Positions 1-7,010 of a stretch of DNA of 27,477 nt are shown here, piece after piece (the stretch's first letter is position 1; each line of letters begins with the position of its first letter). This DNA comes from Candidatus Izemoplasma sp. (GTDB lineage Bacteria; Bacillota_I; Bacilli_A; Izemoplasmatales; Izemoplasmataceae). Location of the stretch: positions 1 through 27,477 of the forward strand of contig SKJA01000163.1 of assembly GCA_007116105.1 (NCBI GenBank), read 5' to 3'. A program made the translations under genes and the position numbers. A model generated the notes under the pieces. It saw only the letters and a program-made list of their open reading frames with translations. It had not been told where the DNA came from and searched no databases.

Positions 1-744
1 AACTCAAACTTGCCACCAGGTCAAGAAGGCCACTTAGTGGATTATCAGTATTTGATTGACAACCGTGTCAACTTTGCCTACAACAACCGTCTTGACCGTT
101 CGGATGGCTTTCGTGTAGGAGAATTGGTGCCCTATACGAATTACCGTGGTGAGACCGTCTTGCCCACCGATGTACAATGCCCATCATCCGTGACGAATCG
201 GGACGAAGAAGTCTTCTTAATCACCACCATCGAAGCGTTGATTCGAGCCTTTCCGAATCAATTGTTCACGCTTGAAATTAAGCAATCTGGTGACCTTGGT
301 GGTGAAGCGTTCGAGACGCTGCTGACGTTACTTGACACCTTAAACGAAGAGATTGAAGGCGATTTGTATGGTCGGATTCTCTTGGGAACCTTCCACCGCG
401 ACATCTACGATCGTTTCGTTGAAGCGAAACGCACCACGCACCCTAACTTGCTCTTTTCGCCACAAGAAGATGTCGTCTATCAATACTTCATCTTGCACCA
501 TTTACGTTTGACCCAGTTTTTCAGAGCACCCGTGGCTGCTTTGCAAGTGCCCCAAGCGTCGGGAGGGTTCACCCTTAACACCCCCTTATTTGTGCGCACC
601 GCTCAACGTCACAACATCGCTGTCCAATATTGGACCATCAACCGTGAAGAAGACATGCGCACCTTGATTGAGCTAGGTGTGGATGGCATCATCACAGACC
701 GTGTTGACCTTTTAAGACAAATACTGGATGAATTTGAAGATTAG
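1..744 (+). CDS. Glycerophosphodiester phosphodiesterase (GDPD family), 5'-truncated by the window edge; paralog of 906..1940
   Basis: Frame is open from base 1 (aac tca aac ttg = NSNL, matching NSDL in the paralog). LEIK metal-ligand strand and C-terminal YWTIN...LGVDGIITDR are GDPD motifs. Confidence 0.9.
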   Translation, partial: NSNLPPGQEGHLVDYQYLIDNRVNFAYNNRLDRSDGFRVGELVPYTNYRGETVLPTDVQCPSSVTNRDEEVFLITTIEALIRAFPNQLFTLEIKQSGDLGGEAFETLLTLLDTLNEEIEGDLYGRILLGTFHRDIYDRFVEAKRTTHPNLLFSPQEDVVYQYFILHHLRLTQFFRAPVAALQVPQASGGFTLNTPLFVRTAQRHNIAVQYWTINREEDMRTLIELGVDGIITDRVDLLRQILDEFED

Positions 745-763
745 CCGCGTTGCGGCTTTTTTT
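743..763 (+). terminator. Intrinsic terminator of the first GDPD gene
   Basis: AGCCGC-gtt-GCGGCT followed by a T run, overlapping the TAG stop. Confidence 0.85.
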
Positions 764-870
764 CTGGTTAGTCCTGTATTCATGTTCCGTCGTGGCAACA
801 TAAAGAACCCGGTCAAAGTGGGTTTGCGATGAAAAAAGTCGTGTTCAATCCATCTTCACATAACATCGAG

Positions 871-876
871 TATAAT
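871..876 (+). promoter_or_regulatory. Possible -10 element for the second GDPD gene
   Basis: TATAAT ~30 nt upstream of ATG 906; SD-like GAGGTG precedes the ATG; no well-spaced -35. Confidence 0.4.
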
Positions 877-905
877 GGTGTCAACAACATAAAAGAGGTG
901 AAGAC

Positions 906-1940
906 ATGACCTTACTCAAACGCATCGGGTTAGGATTTTTGATTTTATTTGTGCTTTGGGCCTTGATCGCCATCCTTCCATTGCCCCAGCAAGTGCAAGG
1001 CGATAATGCCTTTCGAGCATCCCATCAAGGACCCCTAAACATTGCGCATGGAGGCAGCCACCATTTGTTTCCTGAATCAACGATGGAAGCCTACTGTAAT
1101 GCATTTAACATCGACCCTGATGTCGTCTTTGAAGCCGACTTAGTGCTCACGCGCGACAAGGTTCTCGTCATCAGTCATGACCGAACCTTTGATCGCAATT
1201 CAGACTTGCCTCCGGGACAAGAAGCGCATTTAGTAGACTATCAGTTCTTGATTGAGAACCGTGTCAATTTTGCTTTCAACAGCCCGCTGGATGGTCCCAA
1301 TGGGTTTCGCATCGGTGACCTTGTGCCCTACACCAATCACCTTGGCGAAACCGTTAACCCCACCGACGTTGCTTGTCCATCTTCCGTCACATCTCGGGAT
1401 GATGAGGTTTTTTTAATCACCACCATCGAAGAACTTGTGCGTGCCTTTCCAACCCAACGTTATGTGCTCGAAATTAAGCAGTTCGGAGACCTTGGCGCAG
1501 AAGCACTCGCAACCTTACTGACATTGTTTGATGCGTTGAACGAAGAGATGGAGGATGACCTATACAGCCGCGTCCTTTTAAGTTCGTTCCACCGCGACAT
1601 CTATGATTTGTTGGTCGAAGCGAAACAAACCACCCACCCAAATCTTTTGTTTTCCCCACAAGAAGATGGGGTGTATCAATACTTCATTTTGCACCATTTG
1701 CGTTTGACCCAATTTTTTAGAGCGCCGATTGCGGCTTTGCAAGTCCCGCAGTCCTCTGGAGGCTTTACACTCAACACCCGCTTATTTGTGCGTACAGCAC
1801 AGCGTCACAACATCGCGGTACACTACTGGACCGTGAACGACGAAGACCAAATGAGACAACTCATTGCCTTAGGCGTGGACGGCATCATCACCGACCGTGT
1901 CGACCTGTTAAGACAAATCCTCGATGAACTTGAAGATTAG
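906..1940 (+). CDS. Membrane-anchored extracellular glycerophosphodiester phosphodiesterase (GDPD family)
   Basis: N-terminal basic + hydrophobic anchor (MTLLKRIGLGFLILFVLWALIAIL). Motifs IAHGG..PEST, FEADLVLTRDKVLVISHD.T.DR, LEIK, YWTVN, GVDGIITDR. Confidence 0.92.
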   Translation: MTLLKRIGLGFLILFVLWALIAILPLPQQVQGDNAFRASHQGPLNIAHGGSHHLFPESTMEAYCNAFNIDPDVVFEADLVLTRDKVLVISHDRTFDRNSDLPPGQEAHLVDYQFLIENRVNFAFNSPLDGPNGFRIGDLVPYTNHLGETVNPTDVACPSSVTSRDDEVFLITTIEELVRAFPTQRYVLEIKQFGDLGAEALATLLTLFDALNEEMEDDLYSRVLLSSFHRDIYDLLVEAKQTTHPNLLFSPQEDGVYQYFILHHLRLTQFFRAPIAALQVPQSSGGFTLNTRLFVRTAQRHNIAVHYWTVNDEDQMRQLIALGVDGIITDRVDLLRQILDELED

Positions 1941-1959
1941 CCGCATTGCGGCTTTTTTT
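1939..1959 (+). terminator. Intrinsic terminator of the second GDPD gene
   Basis: AGCCGC-att-GCGGCT plus T run; near-identical to 743..763. Confidence 0.85.
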
Positions 1960-1998
1960 CTGCGCCAAGATACGCTATAATGAAACCCGGTGATTTTT

Positions 1999-3552
1999 AT
2001 GAGTTATATGGATGTCAAAGCACTCTCGTTTAGCTATCAAGACAATCCCTTATTAGAAGACGCCTCGGTGCGTTTATTTGAGGGTGAACATGTGGTTTTA
2101 GTGGGGCCAAATGGAACCGGTAAAACGACCTTTTTAAAGCTGCTTTCAAGGCAGTTAAAACCCGATCAAGGCACTGTTGAGACACTGCCTAAGCTTTCAC
2201 TGGGTTACTTAGATCAATACGCGACGTTGCCTAAAGCCCACACCGTCATGAGTTATATGGCTGAGGCCTATGCCGCTTTATTTGAAAAAGAAGCACAAAT
2301 GGAAGAACTTTACGTCCAAGCTGCGAACGCAGAAGAGACGGTTCAAATGAAACTGCTTAACCGTGCCGCAACGCTGGGGGAAGAGCTTCTCGCCACCAAT
2401 TTTTACGCTTTCAAAAGCAACATTCTTAAGTTTTTACAGGGGCTTGGTATGGATGAGAGCACCTTACAGCTTCCCCTCGAGAAGTGTTCGGGTGGGATGC
2501 GCGCGAAAGTGATGCTCGCCAAACTTTTGTTAGAAGAACACGACGTTTTATTGTTGGATGAGCCCACCAACTTCTTGGATGCTGAGCATGTCGCATGGTT
2601 GAGTAAGTTTCTACAAAGCTACAGCAAAACGTTCGTAGTGATTTCCCATGATCAAGCCTTTTTAGCCGAAATCGCGACGGTGGTTTGGGCGCTTGAGCGA
2701 CGCCAAATTGAACGTTACAAAGGATCGTTTGAGACGTATTTAGCGACCGCTCAGCTCCGTCAAGAACAACACCAAAAAGCGTTTGTGACACAACAAAAGT
2801 TCATCAAAAAAACGGAAGCTTTCATTGCCAAAAACATTGCCCGTGCGACCACCACGAAGCGGGCTCAGTCCAGACGTAAAATGTTGGCTAAAACGCAACG
2901 CATTGCGCCCCCTTTAAAGACTCGAACGTATGTCTTTGCCTTTCCTTTTAGTACCCCCACAGGACGTGATGTGTTAAAGGTCAAACATTTAGAAATCGGC
3001 TATCACGAGCCATTGGTTGAACCGCTAGATTTTATTCTTCGCAAAGGAGAAAAAGTGGTCATCACTGGTGAGAATGGGATTGGAAAAACCACCCTTATCA
3101 AGACCCTAACCCAGCAGTTAAGTCCCTTACAAGGCTCCTATGAGTGGATTGACACGGCTCAAGTCTCCTATTTTGCTCAAGACAGTGATTTAGACGATCG
3201 TTTCACGCCTTTTCAAACCATTCATGAAGCTTATCCTCAGTTTGATCGTCGCCAAGTCTTTACCCTGTTAGCCCAGCACGGCTTAGATGCTGATTTGGCG
3301 TTACGTCCTTTAAAGACGCTTTCAGGTGGTGAGAAAACCAAGGTGCGTTTAGCGTTACTAAAACATCAAAAAAGTAATGTGTTGATCATGGACGAACCAA
3401 CCAATCACTTAGATCAAGCGGCGAAAGAAGCACTTCTAGATGCCTTGATTGAGTATCCAGGGACACTCTTGTTGGTCTCACATGAACGCCGGTTTTACGA
3501 AGCTGTTTGTGAGAGTGAAATCAGTCTATATGAAGCACAAAATGAGCGTTAA
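1999..3552 (+). CDS. ABC-F family ATPase (ribosome-associated, YfmM/YkpA-like)
   Basis: Two NBDs and no TM segments: GPNGTGKT and GENGIGKT Walker A, CSGGM and LSGGE signatures, two DEPTN Walker B, inter-domain linker FIAKNIARATTTKRAQSR. Start placed at ATG 1999 (GGTGA SD at 1989-1993) rather than GTG 1990. Confidence 0.9.
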   Translation: MSYMDVKALSFSYQDNPLLEDASVRLFEGEHVVLVGPNGTGKTTFLKLLSRQLKPDQGTVETLPKLSLGYLDQYATLPKAHTVMSYMAEAYAALFEKEAQMEELYVQAANAEETVQMKLLNRAATLGEELLATNFYAFKSNILKFLQGLGMDESTLQLPLEKCSGGMRAKVMLAKLLLEEHDVLLLDEPTNFLDAEHVAWLSKFLQSYSKTFVVISHDQAFLAEIATVVWALERRQIERYKGSFETYLATAQLRQEQHQKAFVTQQKFIKKTEAFIAKNIARATTTKRAQSRRKMLAKTQRIAPPLKTRTYVFAFPFSTPTGRDVLKVKHLEIGYHEPLVEPLDFILRKGEKVVITGENGIGKTTLIKTLTQQLSPLQGSYEWIDTAQVSYFAQDSDLDDRFTPFQTIHEAYPQFDRRQVFTLLAQHGLDADLALRPLKTLSGGEKTKVRLALLKHQKSNVLIMDEPTNHLDQAAKEALLDALIEYPGTLLLVSHERRFYEAVCESEISLYEAQNER

Positions 3553-3622
3553 AAACATAAAAAAATAAAGCGCGAAAGACCCTCCACAACGGAAGGTTTG
3601 ATATGCTAGAAGAGGTGATGGT

Positions 3623-4096
3623 ATGGAAGAAGCATTTTTGTGGTACATTCTCATGTTTTCCGCCTACATGATTTTCACATTGAACACAACGTACACATTC
3701 ATAGCCTTAAGGAACCGATTTTCCTGGTTGTTGGACGCTCGCTTAGCCGATCGCTTTTGGACACTGTTGAACTGGTTGGTTTACACGAGCATGGCCTTAA
3801 CAGGGGTTGTCCTTGTTGTGTGGCTCATCATGCTTATCTTAGTGCCCTTTGAAGCGGTAGCTTTCGGCATTTCTTTGGCAGTTTCAACTGTCTTAGGCGT
3901 GGGATTTTATGCCTCTGCCAAACAGTTAAAGACACGACTTTTTGTTCGTTTAAACCTACCTGAAGAACAGAAAAAATTCAATCAAACGTTGATTGCACCG
4001 AAACTCAGAGGTTTGGTGTTGACGTATGTTTTCATGAGTGCTGCAATCACCTACGGGCTGTTACATTTTTGGTTCACCAATCAAATCTTGCCTTGA
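3623..4096 (+). CDS. Hypothetical membrane protein (~4 TM), family not recognised
   Basis: 157-aa ORF with GAGGTG SD and four hydrophobic stretches. Confidence 0.75.
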   Translation: MEEAFLWYILMFSAYMIFTLNTTYTFIALRNRFSWLLDARLADRFWTLLNWLVYTSMALTGVVLVVWLIMLILVPFEAVAFGISLAVSTVLGVGFYASAKQLKTRLFVRLNLPEEQKKFNQTLIAPKLRGLVLTYVFMSAAITYGLLHFWFTNQILP

Positions 4097-4141
4097 TTGT
4101 CAAAAAAGTTACTTTTCCAACGGCTTATTGCGAGTACATTA

Positions 4142-4150
4142 TGATATAAT
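4142..4150 (+). promoter_or_regulatory. Extended -10 promoter (TGnTATAAT) of the nqr/rnf-like operon
   Basis: TGATATAAT ~67 nt upstream of ATG 4218. Confidence 0.6.
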
Positions 4151-4163
4151 CTAAGTATTAAAT

Positions 4164-4193
4164 AAGCATTTTTGCGATGAGCAAGATGCTTTT
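4164..4193 (+). other. Stem-loop in the nqr 5' leader (or terminator of the upstream gene)
   Basis: AAGCATTTTTGC-gatga-GCAAGATGCTT (11 pairs with one G-U and one bulge) followed by TTCAATTT. Confidence 0.5.
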
Positions 4194-4217
4194 CAATTTA
4201 AAGAAAGTGGTGACTTC

Positions 4218-5159
4218 ATGTCAACTAAAATTCAGGCGACACCCAATGTAAAACATTTGTGGATTTTATTTGGGGCGCTGTTCGTCTTACTGCTTGGTGC
4301 AGTTTTCCGTTATGGCCCTTACATTCTCGCCATCGCAGCGGTAGCCTACGGTGTCAGCTTATCGTTTGAGGTTTTGATTGCCAAAGCGCGAAAAAAAACA
4401 CTCGATCCAAGCTGGATGATTACGCCACTCATCCTCACCATGCTCGTCCCTCCCACGGCCCCTTTGTGGATGGTTGGTGTGGGCGCAGGCTTTGGTATTT
4501 TCTTTGGTAAATTGATTTTTGGTGGCTATGGAAACAATGTGTTCAACCCAGCTGCGGTAGGCGCTTTGTTTTTAACCGTCTCCTTCCCTGTTCTTATGGC
4601 CACACGTTGGTATTCGCCAGTGAATGGTTGGTTTAACCCAGGCAGTCAAGCCTCGCTCGATGCGATCGCCTCAGCGACGCCACTCATTCAACTGAACGCA
4701 GGGACGTTTAACAGTTCTTTGGTTGATTTATTGCTTGGAGGCACCGCCGGCAGCGTCGGTGACGCGTTTCGTCTTGGCGCCATCATTTTAGGCATCGCTT
4801 TGATTGTGCTTAAAGTCATTGATTGGCGTATTCCAGTTGCCATCATCGGTAGTTTTTTCCTCTTTACGGTACTGGGAAGCTTCATCACCGATCGGGTCGC
4901 AGATCCCATCAACTCCCTTTTCGTGGGTGGGTTAATCTTTGGGGCTTTCTTTATGGCGACAGAACCCGTGACGGCTCCGAAGCTGGCTAAGAGTAAAGTG
5001 TTTTATGGGATTGGGATTGCCTTCATTGTGTTCTTGATTCGTAATTTTGGCGCTTTTCCTGAAGGTGTAATTTTTGCCATCATCATCATGAACGCTGTGG
5101 GGACATTGTTTGATGGCTGGTTTGCTAAACCTAATTTAGATAAGGAGGTGAGCGCATGA
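4218..5159 (+). CDS. nqrB: NqrB/RnfD-family integral membrane subunit (covalent FMN carrier)
   Basis: PPTAPLW, FGKLIFGGYGNNVFNPA, FMN site SATPL, FFMATEPVT, PEGV..AI..MN...LFD. At 313 aa it has RnfD-like length. Confidence 0.9.
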   Translation: MSTKIQATPNVKHLWILFGALFVLLLGAVFRYGPYILAIAAVAYGVSLSFEVLIAKARKKTLDPSWMITPLILTMLVPPTAPLWMVGVGAGFGIFFGKLIFGGYGNNVFNPAAVGALFLTVSFPVLMATRWYSPVNGWFNPGSQASLDAIASATPLIQLNAGTFNSSLVDLLLGGTAGSVGDAFRLGAIILGIALIVLKVIDWRIPVAIIGSFFLFTVLGSFITDRVADPINSLFVGGLIFGAFFMATEPVTAPKLAKSKVFYGIGIAFIVFLIRNFGAFPEGVIFAIIIMNAVGTLFDGWFAKPNLDKEVSA

Positions 5160-5764
5160 ATAAGACAAAACAAATGCTTGTCTTTGTCCTAGCGATGGGC
5201 TTAATTACCTCGTTTTTACTGGTGGGTGTCAGTTTGTTAACCCGTGAACGTATTTTAGCCAACCAACAAGCTGCGCTTCAATCCGCTATTTTACAAGCCA
5301 ATGACATTGCTTTTACGGCGGGTGAAGTCAATGAAATCTTTAATGATCGTATTGAAGTGATTGAGCTTGAAGAAGAAGGTTCAGACACGCCGCTCGTCTT
5401 TTTCCGTCATCCAGCTTCAGGAAACATCAGTTTTCAATTTGAAGGTGGCGGTGTTTGGGGTCCAATCATTGGGGTGATTACCCTTGAAGATGATTTTAAA
5501 ACCATTGTTGAAATCACGATTTTAGAACAAGAAGAGACGCCAGGACTTGGTGGCATCATCACCGAGCGAGCGTACTTAAATAATTATGTGGGAGCACATC
5601 TGTCAGAGTCCATCACCATTTCGCACGATTCTGTGCCGGGTGACCCCAATTACGTCGATGCAATCACTGGTGGAACACGCACCAGTGAACGTTTTGAAAC
5701 CATCTTAAGAACAGCTTATCAGCGCCGCGCCGATGTTTGGCGTACGTTCGCTGAGGAAGAATAG
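5156..5764 (+). CDS. nqrC: NqrC/RnfG-family FMN-binding subunit with N-terminal TM anchor
   Basis: G.GVWGPI.G, EQEETPGLGG, flavinylation-type motif VDAITGGTRTS; ATGA overlap with the nqrB stop. Confidence 0.9.
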   Translation: MNKTKQMLVFVLAMGLITSFLLVGVSLLTRERILANQQAALQSAILQANDIAFTAGEVNEIFNDRIEVIELEEEGSDTPLVFFRHPASGNISFQFEGGGVWGPIIGVITLEDDFKTIVEITILEQEETPGLGGIITERAYLNNYVGAHLSESITISHDSVPGDPNYVDAITGGTRTSERFETILRTAYQRRADVWRTFAEEE

Positions 5765-5773
5765 GAGGGCCAC

Positions 5774-6403
5774 ATGAAACTGATACGCTTACGCTATAAA
5801 AAATGGTATAACATCAGCCGTGATGGCCTCACGACGAACAATCCAATCGCGATTGCGGTGTTAGGGATTTGTTCGGCTTTAGCGGTCACGAACCGCGTTG
5901 ATAATGCCATTGCGATGGGACTTGCGGTGGTGTTCGTGGTGACCATGAGTTCATTGACGGTCTCACTGATTCGAAACTTTATCCCAAGCCGTGTCCGCAT
6001 GGTGACGTATATGGTTATTATTTCTTCGTTTGTGATCATGGTGCAACTGTTTTTAGAAGCGTTTTTCCCACTCATTGCGGCAGCCCTTGGTGCGTTCTTA
6101 GGGTTGATCATCACCAACTGTATTGTCATGGGACGAGCAGAAGCCTTTGCGGTGAAAAATCCCTTGCGCTATACCTTCTTTGATGGGATTGCCAATGGCT
6201 TAGGATACACCTATGTCCTTGTCATCGTCGCGGTGGTTCGTGAACTTCTAGCGTTTGGCACCATCCTCGATGTGCGCATCATGCCTGACACTTGGACAAA
6301 CTGGGTGGCCATGGCACTTGCACCTGGTGGTTTCTTTGTTTTAGGGCTGCTCATTTGGGCTTTAAGAGAACTCACCAACAATTTCGAAACGGTGTCAGAA
6401 TAG
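5774..6403 (+). CDS. nqrD: NqrD (RnfE homolog) membrane subunit
   Basis: NNPIAIAVLGICSALAVT (NqrD-type CSALAVT rather than RnfE CP.LAVT) and LIITNCIVMGRAEAFA; both Fe-S Cys present. Confidence 0.9.
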   Translation: MKLIRLRYKKWYNISRDGLTTNNPIAIAVLGICSALAVTNRVDNAIAMGLAVVFVVTMSSLTVSLIRNFIPSRVRMVTYMVIISSFVIMVQLFLEAFFPLIAAALGAFLGLIITNCIVMGRAEAFAVKNPLRYTFFDGIANGLGYTYVLVIVAVVRELLAFGTILDVRIMPDTWTNWVAMALAPGGFFVLGLLIWALRELTNNFETVSE

Positions 6404-6410
6404 GAGGCTT

Positions 6411-6995
6411 ATGATGGTAGATATCTTTGATCTTTTTATTACCTCGGTACTGACGCAAAACATCGCTTTAACGTTTATCTTAGGGATGTGTCCTTTAATT
6501 GCCATTTCGACCAATGTGAAAAACGCCAAGGGCATGGGGATTGCGGTCATTTTTGTGGTCACCTTAACCGGCATCATCAACTACCCGATTTACCTTCTTT
6601 TAAGGGCGACGGGGACCGAAACGCTTTCCTTGCTTGTGTTCATCACCACGATTGCTGCAACAGTGCAATTTTTAGAGCTCTTTATTGAAAAATATTTCCC
6701 CAAAATGTACAACAGTTTCGGCCTATTTTTACCTTTGATTACGGTAAACTGCGTGGTCTTAGCGGTCTCACTGTTCTTTGTGAATCGTGACTACAACTTC
6801 ATTCAAACCGCGACCTTTTCTTTCGGTGCCGGGATTGGTTGGTTTCTGGCGATTGTCCTTGTGGCGGGCATTCGTGAAAAACTCGCTCAAAACACAGGCA
6901 TTCCACGTGGCTTAGCTGGCCGTGGCATTGTCTTCATTATCTTAGGCATCTTATCGCTTGCGTTTATCGGCTTTACAGGACTTTCAATCTTTTAA
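6411..6995 (+). CDS. nqrE: NqrE (RnfA homolog) membrane subunit
   Basis: QNIALTFILGMCP, FLPLITVNC (NqrE-type TVNC), GIGWFLAIVLVAGIREKL; both Fe-S Cys present. Confidence 0.9.
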   Translation: MMVDIFDLFITSVLTQNIALTFILGMCPLIAISTNVKNAKGMGIAVIFVVTLTGIINYPIYLLLRATGTETLSLLVFITTIAATVQFLELFIEKYFPKMYNSFGLFLPLITVNCVVLAVSLFFVNRDYNFIQTATFSFGAGIGWFLAIVLVAGIREKLAQNTGIPRGLAGRGIVFIILGILSLAFIGFTGLSIF

Positions 6996-7010
6996 GAAGG
7001 ACGTGATCCC

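Noticed and set aside
780-830. Riboswitch upstream of the second GDPD (two weak hairpins)
   Set aside because: The stems are short and imperfect, lie upstream of the likely -10, and match no known aptamer.
4097-4114. Rex box upstream of the nqr operon (TTGTCAA-AAAA-GTTACTT)
   Set aside because: Left half 6/7 but right half only 3/7; too weak to call.
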